From assembly GCA_963849325.1 (NCBI GenBank), contig CAWKHF010000010.1, positions 352,001 through 416,000 on the forward strand: a DNA stretch of 64,000 nt. The letters run 5' to 3'. Source of the stretch: an uncultured Planctomycetota bacterium (lineage in GTDB: Bacteria; Planctomycetota; Planctomycetia; Gemmatales; Gemmataceae). This document shows positions 10,578-24,652 of this stretch, one piece after another (positions within the stretch are counted from its first letter, which is position 1; each line of letters opens with the position of its first letter). Below the pieces are notes generated by a model that saw only the letters and a list, made by a program, of their open reading frames with translations, searched no databases and was not told the origin of the DNA. The translations under genes and the position numbers were made by a program.

Positions 10578-11695
10578 CCGATACACTCGCCGCGCCGCGG
10601 CCGGTGCCGCTGGGACAGGTCGAGCGCGAGCTGATTCGACAGATGAAGGCCCACCAGGGAGAGGACGAACGGCCGGTACAACGAGCGCGCATGGCCAACC
10701 TCGTCATCTACTGCCACAGCCAGGAACGGGCTGACCGGGTCAACACCGAGATTCCCGACGTGGTCGCCGTTCATCCCGCCCGCGTTCTGCTCCTGGTCGC
10801 CGATCCGGCGTCGGCGCGCACGGAGCTGACGGCCACGGTCCTGGTCCGGCCGCTGCGTCTGGGTTCGCACAACTTCGGCTTTTCCGAGCAGGTAACGCTG
10901 GAAGCCGGCGACAGCGCGGCGCATCACTTTCCCTTCGCGGTGCGAGCGCTGCTGATCGGCGACCTGCCGACGAACCTGTGGTGGGCGGCGCCGGTGCCGC
11001 CGCCCCTCGCCGGCCCACTGCTGTATGAGTTGGGCGAGCACGCTCAACAGATTGTCTACGACAGCATGGGTTGGCCGGACCCGGCGCGCGGCGTGGCCGC
11101 CACCGCCGGCTGGCTGGAACAGGCCGAGCGCCGCGATGGCGCCGAGCGCTGGCGCGTCGCCTCCGACATCAATTGGCGCAGGCTGAAATACTGGCGCCGC
11201 ATGTTGACGCAAGCCCTGGAAGGCGCGGAGGACCGCGGCGTCTTCGAGAGTGCCTGCGAGGTCCGCGTCGATCACGGGCCGCACGCCGTCGTACAGGCGT
11301 GGATGCTAATGAGCTGGCTGACGGGCCAGCTCCGCTGGCAGGTGCGGACGGGCAAGGTCGAGCCGGGCGTCGAGATGGTCTGGCGCTTCCACGGCCCCAC
11401 TGGCGAGCCGCTGGTGCGCATTCGCCGCGTCGAGGACGGGCCGGAGGAGGTGCAGCGCATCCATATCCGCTGCCGACTCGACGGCCGCGACGCCGCCCTG
11501 AACCTGTTCGTGCAGGACGGTCAGCGCTTGGCGATGCAGCTGGAAGGCGTCGCGGAAGCGCCGCGCACCATGACGGTGCCGCCGCACACGCCAGCGGAAT
11601 TGGTCGGCCGCCAACTGTCCGACCGCGAACGCGATCCGGTCTTCCGCGAAAGCATGGCCGTGGCGCAGGTCATGGCCCGCAGCCTACTGGAGTGA
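10574..11695 (+). CDS. opcA: G6PDH assembly protein OpcA
   Basis: ATGA overlap with zwf; HPARV, LLIGDLPTNLWW, DINWRRLKYWR motifs. Confidence 0.88.
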   Translation: MTDTLAAPRPVPLGQVERELIRQMKAHQGEDERPVQRARMANLVIYCHSQERADRVNTEIPDVVAVHPARVLLLVADPASARTELTATVLVRPLRLGSHNFGFSEQVTLEAGDSAAHHFPFAVRALLIGDLPTNLWWAAPVPPPLAGPLLYELGEHAQQIVYDSMGWPDPARGVAATAGWLEQAERRDGAERWRVASDINWRRLKYWRRMLTQALEGAEDRGVFESACEVRVDHGPHAVVQAWMLMSWLTGQLRWQVRTGKVEPGVEMVWRFHGPTGEPLVRIRRVEDGPEEVQRIHIRCRLDGRDAALNLFVQDGQRLAMQLEGVAEAPRTMTVPPHTPAELVGRQLSDRERDPVFRESMAVAQVMARSLLE

Positions 11696-12298
11696 TCCGT
11701 GCGCGTTCAGGATCAGCGTAAAGTCGGGGAGCAAGCGCGTGGAGTAGCTATCGCCGCCGGCAATCTCGATGGCCTGCTGCCAGCGTTGACCGCGGCGACG
11801 ATGGACGATCAGCGACGGTTGATCGGCGTTGTTTCGCGGGTCGATGATCCAGTATTCGCGGATGGACGGCACGTGCAGGTAGAGATCGCGGTTGCGGACG
11901 AGGTCTTTTTTCGCGGTATCCGCGGAGATGACCTCCGCCACGAGGATCGGGCTAATATCTTGCCAGCGTCGTTGCCTCAGGGGCAGGTCGAACGGGTAGT
12001 CTCGGTAGGCGGCGACATCCGGTTCCGGAGCCGTCGTCGCCCGTCGCCCCGGCACGAACACTCGCGCTGGGCCCTTCACGCGGTTGATGATTTCTGGATG
12101 CTGCCGCATGTACTCGACGAGACTATCCCTCAGCCAATCTTGTAACTCGTCATGGGGCAGGTCAGGTAGAGGCGACACTTCGAGTTTCCCATCAATGAGT
12201 TCGTAGTGATAACCTTCCTGACCATCGGCGTGTTCAAACTCTTCCAGCGATAGCGCGCGTCCTCGGTCCTTGGGCGTCAGGTAGAGTTGCGTCGTCAT
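11684..12298 (-). CDS. Uma2-family (DUF820) PD-(D/E)xK endonuclease
   Basis: YELIDGKL..PEPDV..LVAEVIS..KDLVRNRDLY..IREYWIIDP. Confidence 0.9.
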   Translation of the reverse strand: MTTQLYLTPKDRGRALSLEEFEHADGQEGYHYELIDGKLEVSPLPDLPHDELQDWLRDSLVEYMRQHPEIINRVKGPARVFVPGRRATTAPEPDVAAYRDYPFDLPLRQRRWQDISPILVAEVISADTAKKDLVRNRDLYLHVPSIREYWIIDPRNNADQPSLIVHRRRGQRWQQAIEIAGGDSYSTRLLPDFTLILNAHGSLQ

Positions 12299-12324
12299 GC
12301 TCTTCTCCTCGAACGGTTGTGCCG

Positions 12325-13622
12325 TCAGATCGAAAAAATGTTCGCCCCCCGTGCCGGGTCCGCGTCCGTCCGACGAACCAGCGCCGGCGCCGCCGTCCGG
12401 CTGTGGTCGTGGCCGCGATAGACGCCGAAATCGTTGAACCAGTAGCGTTTCGCCAGCCGATACAGCCAGTTCTTTTCGGGGATCTCGCCGCCCGGGTTGT
12501 ACTGCGACGTGCGCACCTGCATCGCCTCCAGCTCGGCCAGGGCCGTGCCGCGCACCGTCGAGTCTTGCGCGCCGTGCTTCTCGACCAGTTGCTTGAGCAG
12601 GTCGGGCCGCTCCAGCACGATGCAGCCGCGCGTCGTCGATTGGGCCAGGTCGCGGAAGTCGCGCAGGAACGCGCGAGTGCAGGAACTTGTCGCGCAGCGA
12701 ACGCGGGTCGGCCTCGCTGGCATGGATCGACTCCTTCGTGAACTGCACGATGGGGCACGGCTCGATGTCGCCCCACGGGTTGATGTGATGGCTGATGCCG
12801 GTCGCCGCCGGACACAAGGCCCGGCCCTCGCCGTCGTAATAGGCGTCGACGATGATGATCGGCTTCTTCGCCCGCATCTCGACGACGAACCGCCGCGCCC
12901 GCAACTGCTGCTCGGGCGTCAGGCAGAGTTGCGGATTGGCGTCCGGCCCCATCGGCCGATAGACGTGGAACCAGGTGTACATCACGCCCATGTCGATGAG
13001 GCGATCGATCCACTTTTCCGTGAGCAGATCGTCGATGTTCGTCTGGCAGAGGCTGGTGCAGACGCCGGTGAAGACCTTGTTCTTCAGGCAGTTGTGCACG
13101 CCCTGCATGGTCTTGCTGAAGACGTCGGCGCCGGCCGCGGCGCTCGTCGCTGACGATCTCGTTGCCCTCGACGCTGATGAGCGGCGTCACGTTGCCGAGC
13201 TGCCGCAGGCGTCGGGCCTTGTCGTCGGTGATGAACTGGCCGTTGGTGAAGACCTGGAAGTAGCAGTCGGGATGCGCGGCGAGCATGTCGAGCAGGTGCG
13301 GGTGCATGAACGGCTCGCCGCCGACGATGCCGAAGAAGACGTTGCCCATCTCCTTGGCTTCGCGGACCAGCTGGTGCAACGCCTCCGGCTGAATGATCTC
13401 CTGCTTGGCGGCCACATCGACCCAGCAGCCCTGGCAGCGCAGGTTGCAGCTATTGATGATCGAGACGTACAGAAACGGCGGAAAGACCTCGCCGCGCCGC
13501 AGCCGCCGCTTGTGCCGCTCGACCGACAGCATGCCCTTGAAGCCCATGTTCCAGGCCAGCTTCCAGAAGAGCCGCTTGTCGGTCTCCAGCAACAGACGCT
13601 TCGCCATCTTCAGTAGGTACAT
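12325..13622 (-). CDS. Radical SAM/SPASM-domain protein; frameshifts ~13135 and ~12675
   Basis: CNLRCQGC, GGEP, CPAATGISHHINPWGDIEPCP. Confidence 0.88.
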
Positions 13623-13726
13623 GATCGCCTCTCGGTGTGCTTCGGTCGCCGTGGACCCTCTCTAGGGTATCCGCCGCAACGACTTCCGGAAAGCAAGCCT
13701 TCGCGCCGCGACGGAATAGGCACCAA

Positions 13727-13742
13727 AGGCATCCCTTTTGCA
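13727..13742 (+). promoter_or_regulatory. Candidate sigma54 -24/-12 promoter
   Basis: AGGCATCCCTTTTGCA = GG-N10-GC, ~90 nt upstream of the copper-storage gene. Confidence 0.55.
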
Positions 13743-13832
13743 CTACTTTCCTCTGTCCCCTTGGGGTTGGCAAGAGATGGTTCGCATTCCGCGGGCCGTA
13801 ACCGCGAGTGTCGTAAGGATTGGAGGAGCATC

Positions 13833-14309
13833 ATGTATCGACGCATTGGCATGGGCGTGCTCGGGCTCGCCCTTCTGGCCCTGGTTGGTCCCGCTGGAGT
13901 TCCGACACGAGCGGAGGACGCGGCGGAGAAGGCGTCTCACGCGCATGGATACTTCGACGTCTGCGCCAAGGCTTGCGCCGACTGCCAACTCCAGTGCGAT
14001 TCCTGCCATCATCACTGCGCTCACCTGGTCGCCGAAGGCAAGAAAGACCACTTCGCTACCATGCGGCTGTGTAACGACTGCGCCGCCGTGTGCGCCGTGT
14101 CCGCCCGCATCGCCAGCGGTCACGGTCCTCTGTCCGTGACCATTTGCGAGTCGTGCGCCAAAGCTTGTGACATCTGCGGCGCTGCCTGCGAAAAACACCC
14201 TTCCGACGAGCACATGGTCAAGTGTGCCAAGGCTTGCCGTGACTGTGCCAAGGCTTGCCGCGACATGATCCAACACGCCGGCCACGCCTCCACCGAGAAA
14301 AAACCCTGA
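13833..14309 (+). CDS. Four-helix-bundle copper storage protein (Csp/DUF326) with signal peptide
   Basis: GGAGGAG RBS; 18 Cys in CxxxCxxC spacing; N-terminal MYRR plus hydrophobic stretch. Confidence 0.85.
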   Translation: MYRRIGMGVLGLALLALVGPAGVPTRAEDAAEKASHAHGYFDVCAKACADCQLQCDSCHHHCAHLVAEGKKDHFATMRLCNDCAAVCAVSARIASGHGPLSVTICESCAKACDICGAACEKHPSDEHMVKCAKACRDCAKACRDMIQHAGHASTEKKP

Positions 14310-14331
14310 GCCGGCAGCCCAGCCGCCCTCC

Positions 14332-14368
14332 AGCAGCCGTCCGGGCGAACCGGACGGCTGTTCTTTTT
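14332..14368 (+). terminator. Rho-independent terminator
   Basis: AGCAGCCGTCCGG-gcgaa-CCGGACGGCTGTT followed by a T tract. Confidence 0.8.
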
Positions 14369-14427
14369 GTCTCCGTCCTCATCCTCCGCAGGAGATGTGA
14401 CTTGCCACGAGGCCGCAAATTATCTAG

Positions 14428-14475
14428 TATTAGGAAAATTCATGCTAACGTCTCTTGATATTAGAGAAAGACATG
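14428..14475. promoter_or_regulatory. Paired TATTAG-N7-CATG boxes, candidate LysR operator
   Basis: TATTAGGAAAATTCATG and TATTAGAGAAAGACATG, 31 bp apart, in an AT-rich patch before the LysR gene. Confidence 0.5.
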
Positions 14476-14489
14476 GTAGGATTCAGCCC

Positions 14490-15444
14490 ATGCAATTTGA
14501 AGCTCTCCAGGTGTTCTGCGACATTGCTCGCTGTCGTAGCTTTTCGCAGGCGGCCGCGGCACAGCAGCCGCCGCTTACCCAGTCGGCCGTCAGCCAGATC
14601 GTCCACCAGCTGGAACGACGGCTGGGGGTGCAGTTGATCAACCGCTCGACGCGGCCGCTGCAACTGACGGCACTGGGGCAGGCTTATTACGAGGGCTGCA
14701 AGGAACTGGTCGAGCACTACTTGGAGCTGGAAGCGTCCATCCGGCGGGGCCGACCGGAGCTGACGGCCACCGTGCAGGTGGCGGCCATCTACTCCGTCGG
14801 CCTGGGCGACATGGGCCATTACGTCGCGCGCTTCACCGACGAGCAGCCGTTCGCCCGTGTCCACGTCGAGTACCTGCACTCCAGCCGCGTCGTTGGCAAG
14901 GTACGGGATGGCAGCGCGGACCTGGGGCTGGTATCGTTCCCGCGCAAGTCGCGCGAGCTGGTCGTGCTGCCGTGGCGGGAGGAGGAAATGGTGGTCGCCT
15001 GCCAGCCGTCGCACCCGCTGGCCCGTTGGCCGTCGGTGAGGCCGGAGCAGCTGGCCGGCGAAAAGTACATCGCCTTCGACAAGGAGCTGGGCATCCGCCG
15101 CCAGGTCGATCGCTTCCTGCGGCAGCAGCGGCGTCTCGGTCGAGGTGGCGCTGGAGTTCGACAACATCGAGAACATCAAAAAAGGTCTGGAGATCGCCGG
15201 CGGCGTGGCGCTGCTGCCGGAGCCGACGCTGCGGCAGGAGGTCGAGGCGAACTTGCTGGTGGCCCGGCCGCTGGCCGGCTGCCGCTTCGTGCGTCCCCTG
15301 GCCATCCTGTGCAGCCGCCAGCACCAGCCCAGCCCGGCGGCCCAGCGCTTCATCGAACTGCTGCGGCAAAATGGCAGCCCCCATGATCGGCACCAGAGTA
15401 ACGGCACGGCCCACGATCGGAACGGCCCGAGAAGGAAGAAGTGA
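14490..15444 (+). CDS. LysR-family regulator (GltC/CysL-like); frameshift ~15128
   Basis: SFSQAA..TQSAVSQIVHQLERRLGVQLINRS HTH; directly upstream of gltB. Confidence 0.9.
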
Positions 15445-15445
15445 C

Positions 15446-20146
<4,701 letters not shown>

Positions 20147-20164
20147 TTCGCAGGTCTTTCGCCC

Positions 20165-20434
20165 ATGCCGCCGCTGATACCGCTGCATCCGGATAACTCC
20201 CTGAGTCCGGCCAAACTGGCGGAGTACGCGAAGGCATCGATTCAGACCCTGATCGATTCGTTGCGGCCCGGACAAACAGGCTCTTTGAAGGTCAGGCCGG
20301 ACGGTACGATGGTGGATGGGCACCATCGCATCAAGATCCTTCGAGATCGCGGAGTGGACGTGGATTCGCTACCTCGTGAGATCGTTGCCCAAGCTGGAGG
20401 TGCGGGACATGAGGACGGAATTGTACTGGATTGA
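20165..20434 (+). CDS. Stand-alone mini ParB/Sulfiredoxin-fold protein
   Basis: LIDSL..LKVRPDGTMVDGHHRIKIL (ParB-N DGxHR motif); no HTH. Confidence 0.72.
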   Translation: MPPLIPLHPDNSLSPAKLAEYAKASIQTLIDSLRPGQTGSLKVRPDGTMVDGHHRIKILRDRGVDVDSLPREIVAQAGGAGHEDGIVLD

Positions 20435-20961
20435 GGGACCGTGGCGTGGACGACTAGCGATCATGCCGCGGCCCCGAGGAGGGGACTGGCTGAAAGAGGA
20501 AATCGCCTCCTGGCAGCGCGCCGGCCTTCATTCGGTAGTTTCTGCCCTAACAAGGGAGGAAACTGCGGAACTGGATCTAACTCGTGAGCGAGAATGGTGC
20601 GCTGAAGCGGGGATCGCGTTCGTCGCTTTTCCGATCGCAGATCGGGGCGTTCCCTCATCTCGGGCGACCACGTTGGAGTTAGTGCGCCGACTGGGAGCAA
20701 GCCTTGACGCGAGGAGAGAAAATCGTCATTCATTGCCGCCATGGAGTGGGTAGGGCGGCGTTGCTGGCGGCATGTATCCTGGCGGCGGGCGGGATCGATC
20801 CGGCGACGGCGTTTGACCGCATCGCGGTTGCGCGTGGCTGCGCCGTTCCGGATACGAGCGTTCAACGGGAATGGGTCGCGCGGTTCGCGCGTGATCTGCT
20901 GACTCCTCTCTCCGGCGGAGACTCCGTCGCGGGAGATGTCTCCGAGCGGACGCACTCATGA
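20409..20961 (+). CDS. Protein tyrosine/dual-specificity phosphatase; frameshift ~20710
   Basis: GGAGG RBS; GRLAIMPRPRGGDWL, FPIADRGVP acid loop, HCRHGVGR CX5R P-loop, VPDTSVQ. Confidence 0.88.
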
Positions 20962-21094
20962 GGAAACTCCATGAAGCCGATCGCGCCGCCGCCGCCGGGG
21001 CCGTATCCGCTCCATTACGATCCGTTACCGGATCATACGCGCTTGTCGGATCGCTAAATTGCGTGAACTCGGCATCGATCCCGAGTCTCTGTAA
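20958..21094 (+). CDS. Small basic peptide (~45 aa after correcting one indel)
   Basis: ATGA overlap with phosphatase stop; corrected reading MRKLHEADRAAARRGRIRSITIRYRIIRACRIAKLRELGIDPESL ends just before the next RBS. Confidence 0.5.
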
Positions 21095-21108
21095 GGGGAG
21101 GGCATGCA

Positions 21109-21743
21109 ATGTTCGGAGACGGTTCCCTGACGTTTCGGGAGTTTATGATGCGCGAACCGCTGCCGCTGGCCACGATTCATGACGCCGTCCTTGAATTCCT
21201 TCGTGGCCGCGATGATGCCGTCCTCTTTGGCGCCCAGGCGGTCAATGCCTACGTTAAAGACCCTCGTATGACGCAGGACGTTGATATTGCCTCCCCTCGC
21301 GCCGAGGAATTGGCCGAGGAGCTGAGAAACTTCCTCAATCAGAAGTTCCACATCGCCGTGCGCGTTCGCACGGTGCGAGGAGGCATCGGTTATCGGATTT
21401 ATCAAATCCAGAAGCCGGAGAATCGACATCTCGTCGATGTGCGTCCAATAGATGCGCTGCCTCCTCACCAACGTGTGGAAGGCGTTCTGGTCGTCACTCC
21501 ATCGCAATTGATCTGCGAAAAGGTTTTCAGCATGGTTTCGCGTGGGAAAAAACGGAAGGGATTCATGGATCGGGCCGATCTCTATGCCCTCCTTTTAACT
21601 TTCCCCGAGTTGAAGACGGACGAAGGGCCGGTGATCGAATGCCTTCGCGCCGCTGGCGCGCGGCGGAAATGCTGGCCGCCTGGAAGGAGTTAGTTGCTCA
21701 AGAAATCCTCCCTGAGGACGACGCGGAGGAGTTCGGAGGTTGA
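21109..21743 (+). CDS. AbiEii/MenT-like nucleotidyltransferase; frameshift ~21660
   Basis: VLFGAQAVNAY..PRMTQDVDI pol-beta motif; LICEKV..KGFMDRADL; acidic tail. Confidence 0.78.
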
Positions 21744-21775
21744 GCCGGACCACTTCTTGATTCGAGGTTGCGAGA

Positions 21776-23261
21776 ATGGGTAAACCAACGGGATTTCTGG
21801 AGTTTCCGCGAGAACTGCCGCTGGTGCGGCCTCCGGCGGAGCGTATTCACGACTGGTCCGAGTTCCACGAGCACGCCGACGAGAAAAAACTGCGTACCCA
21901 GGGCGCTCGCTGCATGGACTGCGGCGTGCCCTTCTGCCACACCGGTTCGCTTCTCGAAGGCATGGCCGCCGGCTGCCCCATCAATAACCTCATCCCCGAG
22001 TGGAACGATCTCGTCTATCGTGGATTGTGGCGCGAGGCTCTGGAACGCCTGCACAAGACCAATAACTTCCCCGAGTTCACCGGCCGAGTCTGTCCGGCGC
22101 CGTGCGAAGGCTCGTGCGTGCTGGGCATCAACGAGCCGCCGGTGACCATCAAGATCGATCGAGTGCGCCATCATCGATAAGGGCTTCGAGGAAGGCTGGG
22201 TCCAGCCCGAGCCGCCGGCGGTGCGCACCGGCAAGAAGGTAGCGGTCGTCGGCTCCGGGCCGTCCGGACTCGCTGCCGCCGCCCAGCTCAACAAGGCCGG
22301 CCACTGGGTCACGGTCTTCGAGCGCGCCGACCGCGTCGGCGGCCTGCTCATGTACGGCATCCCCAACATGAAACTCGACAAGCGCCAGGTCGTGCAGCGC
22401 CGCGTCGATCTGCTGAAGGCCGAGGGCATCGTCTTCATCACCGGCTGCGAGGTCGGCAAGGACTACCCGGCCGACAAGCTGCGCCGGGAGTTCGACGCCA
22501 TCGTCCTGTGCGGCGGCGCGACCAAGCCGCGCGACCTGCCCATCGAAGGCCGTCAGCTGAAGGGCGTCCACTTCGCCATGGAGTTCCTGCACGCCAACAC
22601 CAAGAGCCTGCTCGACAGCGATCACGCCGACGGCCAGTACATCTCGGCCAAGGGCAAGGACGTCATCGTCATCGGCGGCGGCGACACCGGCACCGACTGC
22701 GTCGGCACGTCCATGCGGCACGGCTGCAAGAGTCTGGTGCAGTTCGAGATCCTGCCCATGCCGCCTTTGAGCCGCGCCCCGGACAACCCCTGGCCGCAGT
22801 GGCCCAAGGTCTACAACCTCGATTACGGTCAGGAAGAGGCGAAGGCGCTGTTCGGCAACGACCCGCGCGAGTACCTGATCCAGACCAAAAAATTCGTCGG
22901 CGATGCCAAGGATCAGGTCAAGGAGCTGCACACGATCCGCGTGGAATGGGTCAAGGACAATGGCCGAGCGATCCCGCGCGAGGTGCCTGGCTCGGAGCAG
23001 CGTCTTCCCGTCCAGCTCGTGCTGCTGGCGATGGGATTCCTTGGTCCGGAGAATCAACTGCTCGACCAGCTCGGCGTCGAAAAGGATGCTCGCTCCAACG
23101 CCAAGGCGGAGCACGGCAAGTTCGCCACGAGCGTGCCGGGCGTGTTCGCCGCCGGCGACATGCGGCGCGGCCAGAGCTTGATCGTATGGGCCATCAACGA
23201 GGGCCGAGGCGCCGCCCGCGAGTGCGACCGCTTCCTGATGGGCGATACGCAACTACCGTGA
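21776..23261 (+). CDS. gltD: Glutamate synthase small subunit; frameshift ~22158
   Basis: [52 protein letters not shown]. Confidence 0.97.
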
Positions 23262-23279
23262 ATGACGAGGAAGTATTTA

Positions 23280-23336
23280 TCCGAGCCGGAAGCGTCAGCG
23301 AAGAGGAGCTCTCTCCGTTGACGCTTCCGGCTCGGA
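23280..23336. repeat. REP-like palindrome, family A (CCGAGCCNGAAGCGTNAGCGAAG)
   Basis: Inverted repeat just after the gltD stop. Confidence 0.8.
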
Positions 23337-23423
23337 ACGCGGATGGGGCTTGTTGCGCGGCTACTCGAAACCTATAATTATCTGGTTGCTTGTTACGGTG
23401 CGGTTCGGCCTGGACGGGGAGCG

Positions 23424-23873
23424 ATGCGAATGGCAGCCACACCGGCGCCCTGGAACCTGACCCTTGCCAGCGATTTGCGTTTGCTGGCCCTGGCACGGTC
23501 CTTCGTGGAGGGCGTCTGCCGCGTGGCTGGCTGTGACGAGAAGACGACTCACGCCGTCGTCGTGGCCACCGATGAGGCCGTCAACAACGTCATGCGACAC
23601 GCTCACCAGGGCCGGCCGGAAGCCACTATCCAGATCCAGTGTTTTCTCCACCCCGACAGCATCGAAGTCCGCTTGCTTGACGAAGGTGCGCCGTTCGACC
23701 TCGCCTCGGTGCCGCACCTCGACCCCGGCGAACTGCGCATCGGCGGCCGCGGCGTCTTTCTCATGCGCGCTCTCATGGACGAGTTGAGCTGCCAGCCGCG
23801 CGGCGAATGCGGCAACACTCTGCGCATGGTTAAACGCTGTCAGTCCCTGACGCCCATCCTCAAGGGCGCCTGA
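23424..23873 (+). CDS. RsbW-type anti-sigma factor / HATPase_c_2
   Basis: DEAVNNVMRH, DEGAPFD, GGRGVFLMRALMD. Confidence 0.88.
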   Translation: MRMAATPAPWNLTLASDLRLLALARSFVEGVCRVAGCDEKTTHAVVVATDEAVNNVMRHAHQGRPEATIQIQCFLHPDSIEVRLLDEGAPFDLASVPHLDPGELRIGGRGVFLMRALMDELSCQPRGECGNTLRMVKRCQSLTPILKGA

Positions 23874-24285
23874 GCATCTCCAGACTACGCGTTGTCCTCG
23901 AAGCGCCGGGCATAGCCGGAGCAACATGCCTTCCGCGAGCGCCCGTCTCCGCTTCGTCTCTCGCCGGCGCGGGATTTGTCTGAATCTTGCCAGGCTTGGC
24001 GACGATAACTAGATGCAGAAGGGCGGAGAGAGTAGTCCTACCGTGGCGACTTTCTTCGACCCCCGCAGTTGTCCTCATCTGCCCGGAGCGTTCGCTCCAG
24101 CCATCGGGAGGGCTGCGGAAAGTTCAGACCCTGGAAGATTCGGAAAACCCGTCATGGTCGGAGCCGCCTTTTCCTATCCGGAAGGCTCCGTGGGTTGATT
24201 CGTGCAAATCTCAACCAGTAGAATGAGCCTGCCGTCGTGGCGCGGTTCCCCGCACAAATCCCACGCCGTCAGGAGAGAGGGTCCC

Positions 24286-24486
24286 ATGTACCGGCATACG
24301 CCAACTTGTCTGCAAGGTTCCGTTTCCCACAATCGGCTGAGGGGGTTGTTCAACGACCCCCGCAAGACCGAGGAGATTCGCCTCGACCTGGTCGCGCGCG
24401 TCCGCCGCGAGATCGCCGAGGGCGTCTACGAAACCCCCGAGAAATGGGAGGCGGCCCTCGACCGCCTGGCCCAGGATCTGGAGTGA
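24286..24486 (+). CDS. Short FlgM-like anti-sigma protein
   Basis: IRLDLVARVRREIAEGVYETPEKWEAALDRL resembles the FlgM C-terminus. Confidence 0.65.
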   Translation: MYRHTPTCLQGSVSHNRLRGLFNDPRKTEEIRLDLVARVRREIAEGVYETPEKWEAALDRLAQDLE

Positions 24487-24495
24487 CACGCTCTA

Positions 24496-24550
24496 TCCGA
24501 GCCTGAAGCGTAAGCGAAGAGGATTCCTTCGCTTACGCTTCAGGCTCCGA
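24496..24550. repeat. REP-like palindrome, family A
   Basis: GAGCCTGAAGCGTAAGCGAAG...CTTCGCTTACGCTTCAGGCTC. Confidence 0.85.
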
Positions 24551-24652
24551 TCGCAGCTTGCGGAACGCACCCCCGTCCCTACAATACCAATCAAGAATCA
24601 TTCTTGATTAGCTGGGGGTCGCCCTCGTGGACCAGGCAGAGGAGACCGGGTC

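Noticed and set aside
11684-13108. Radical SAM-Uma2 fusion suggested by the ORF track
   Set aside because: Artefact of an indel at ~12675; Uma2 has its own RBS and ATG at 12298
20165-20434. Chromosome or plasmid partition ParB
   Set aside because: Too short, no HTH or dimerisation domain, no parA or parS seen
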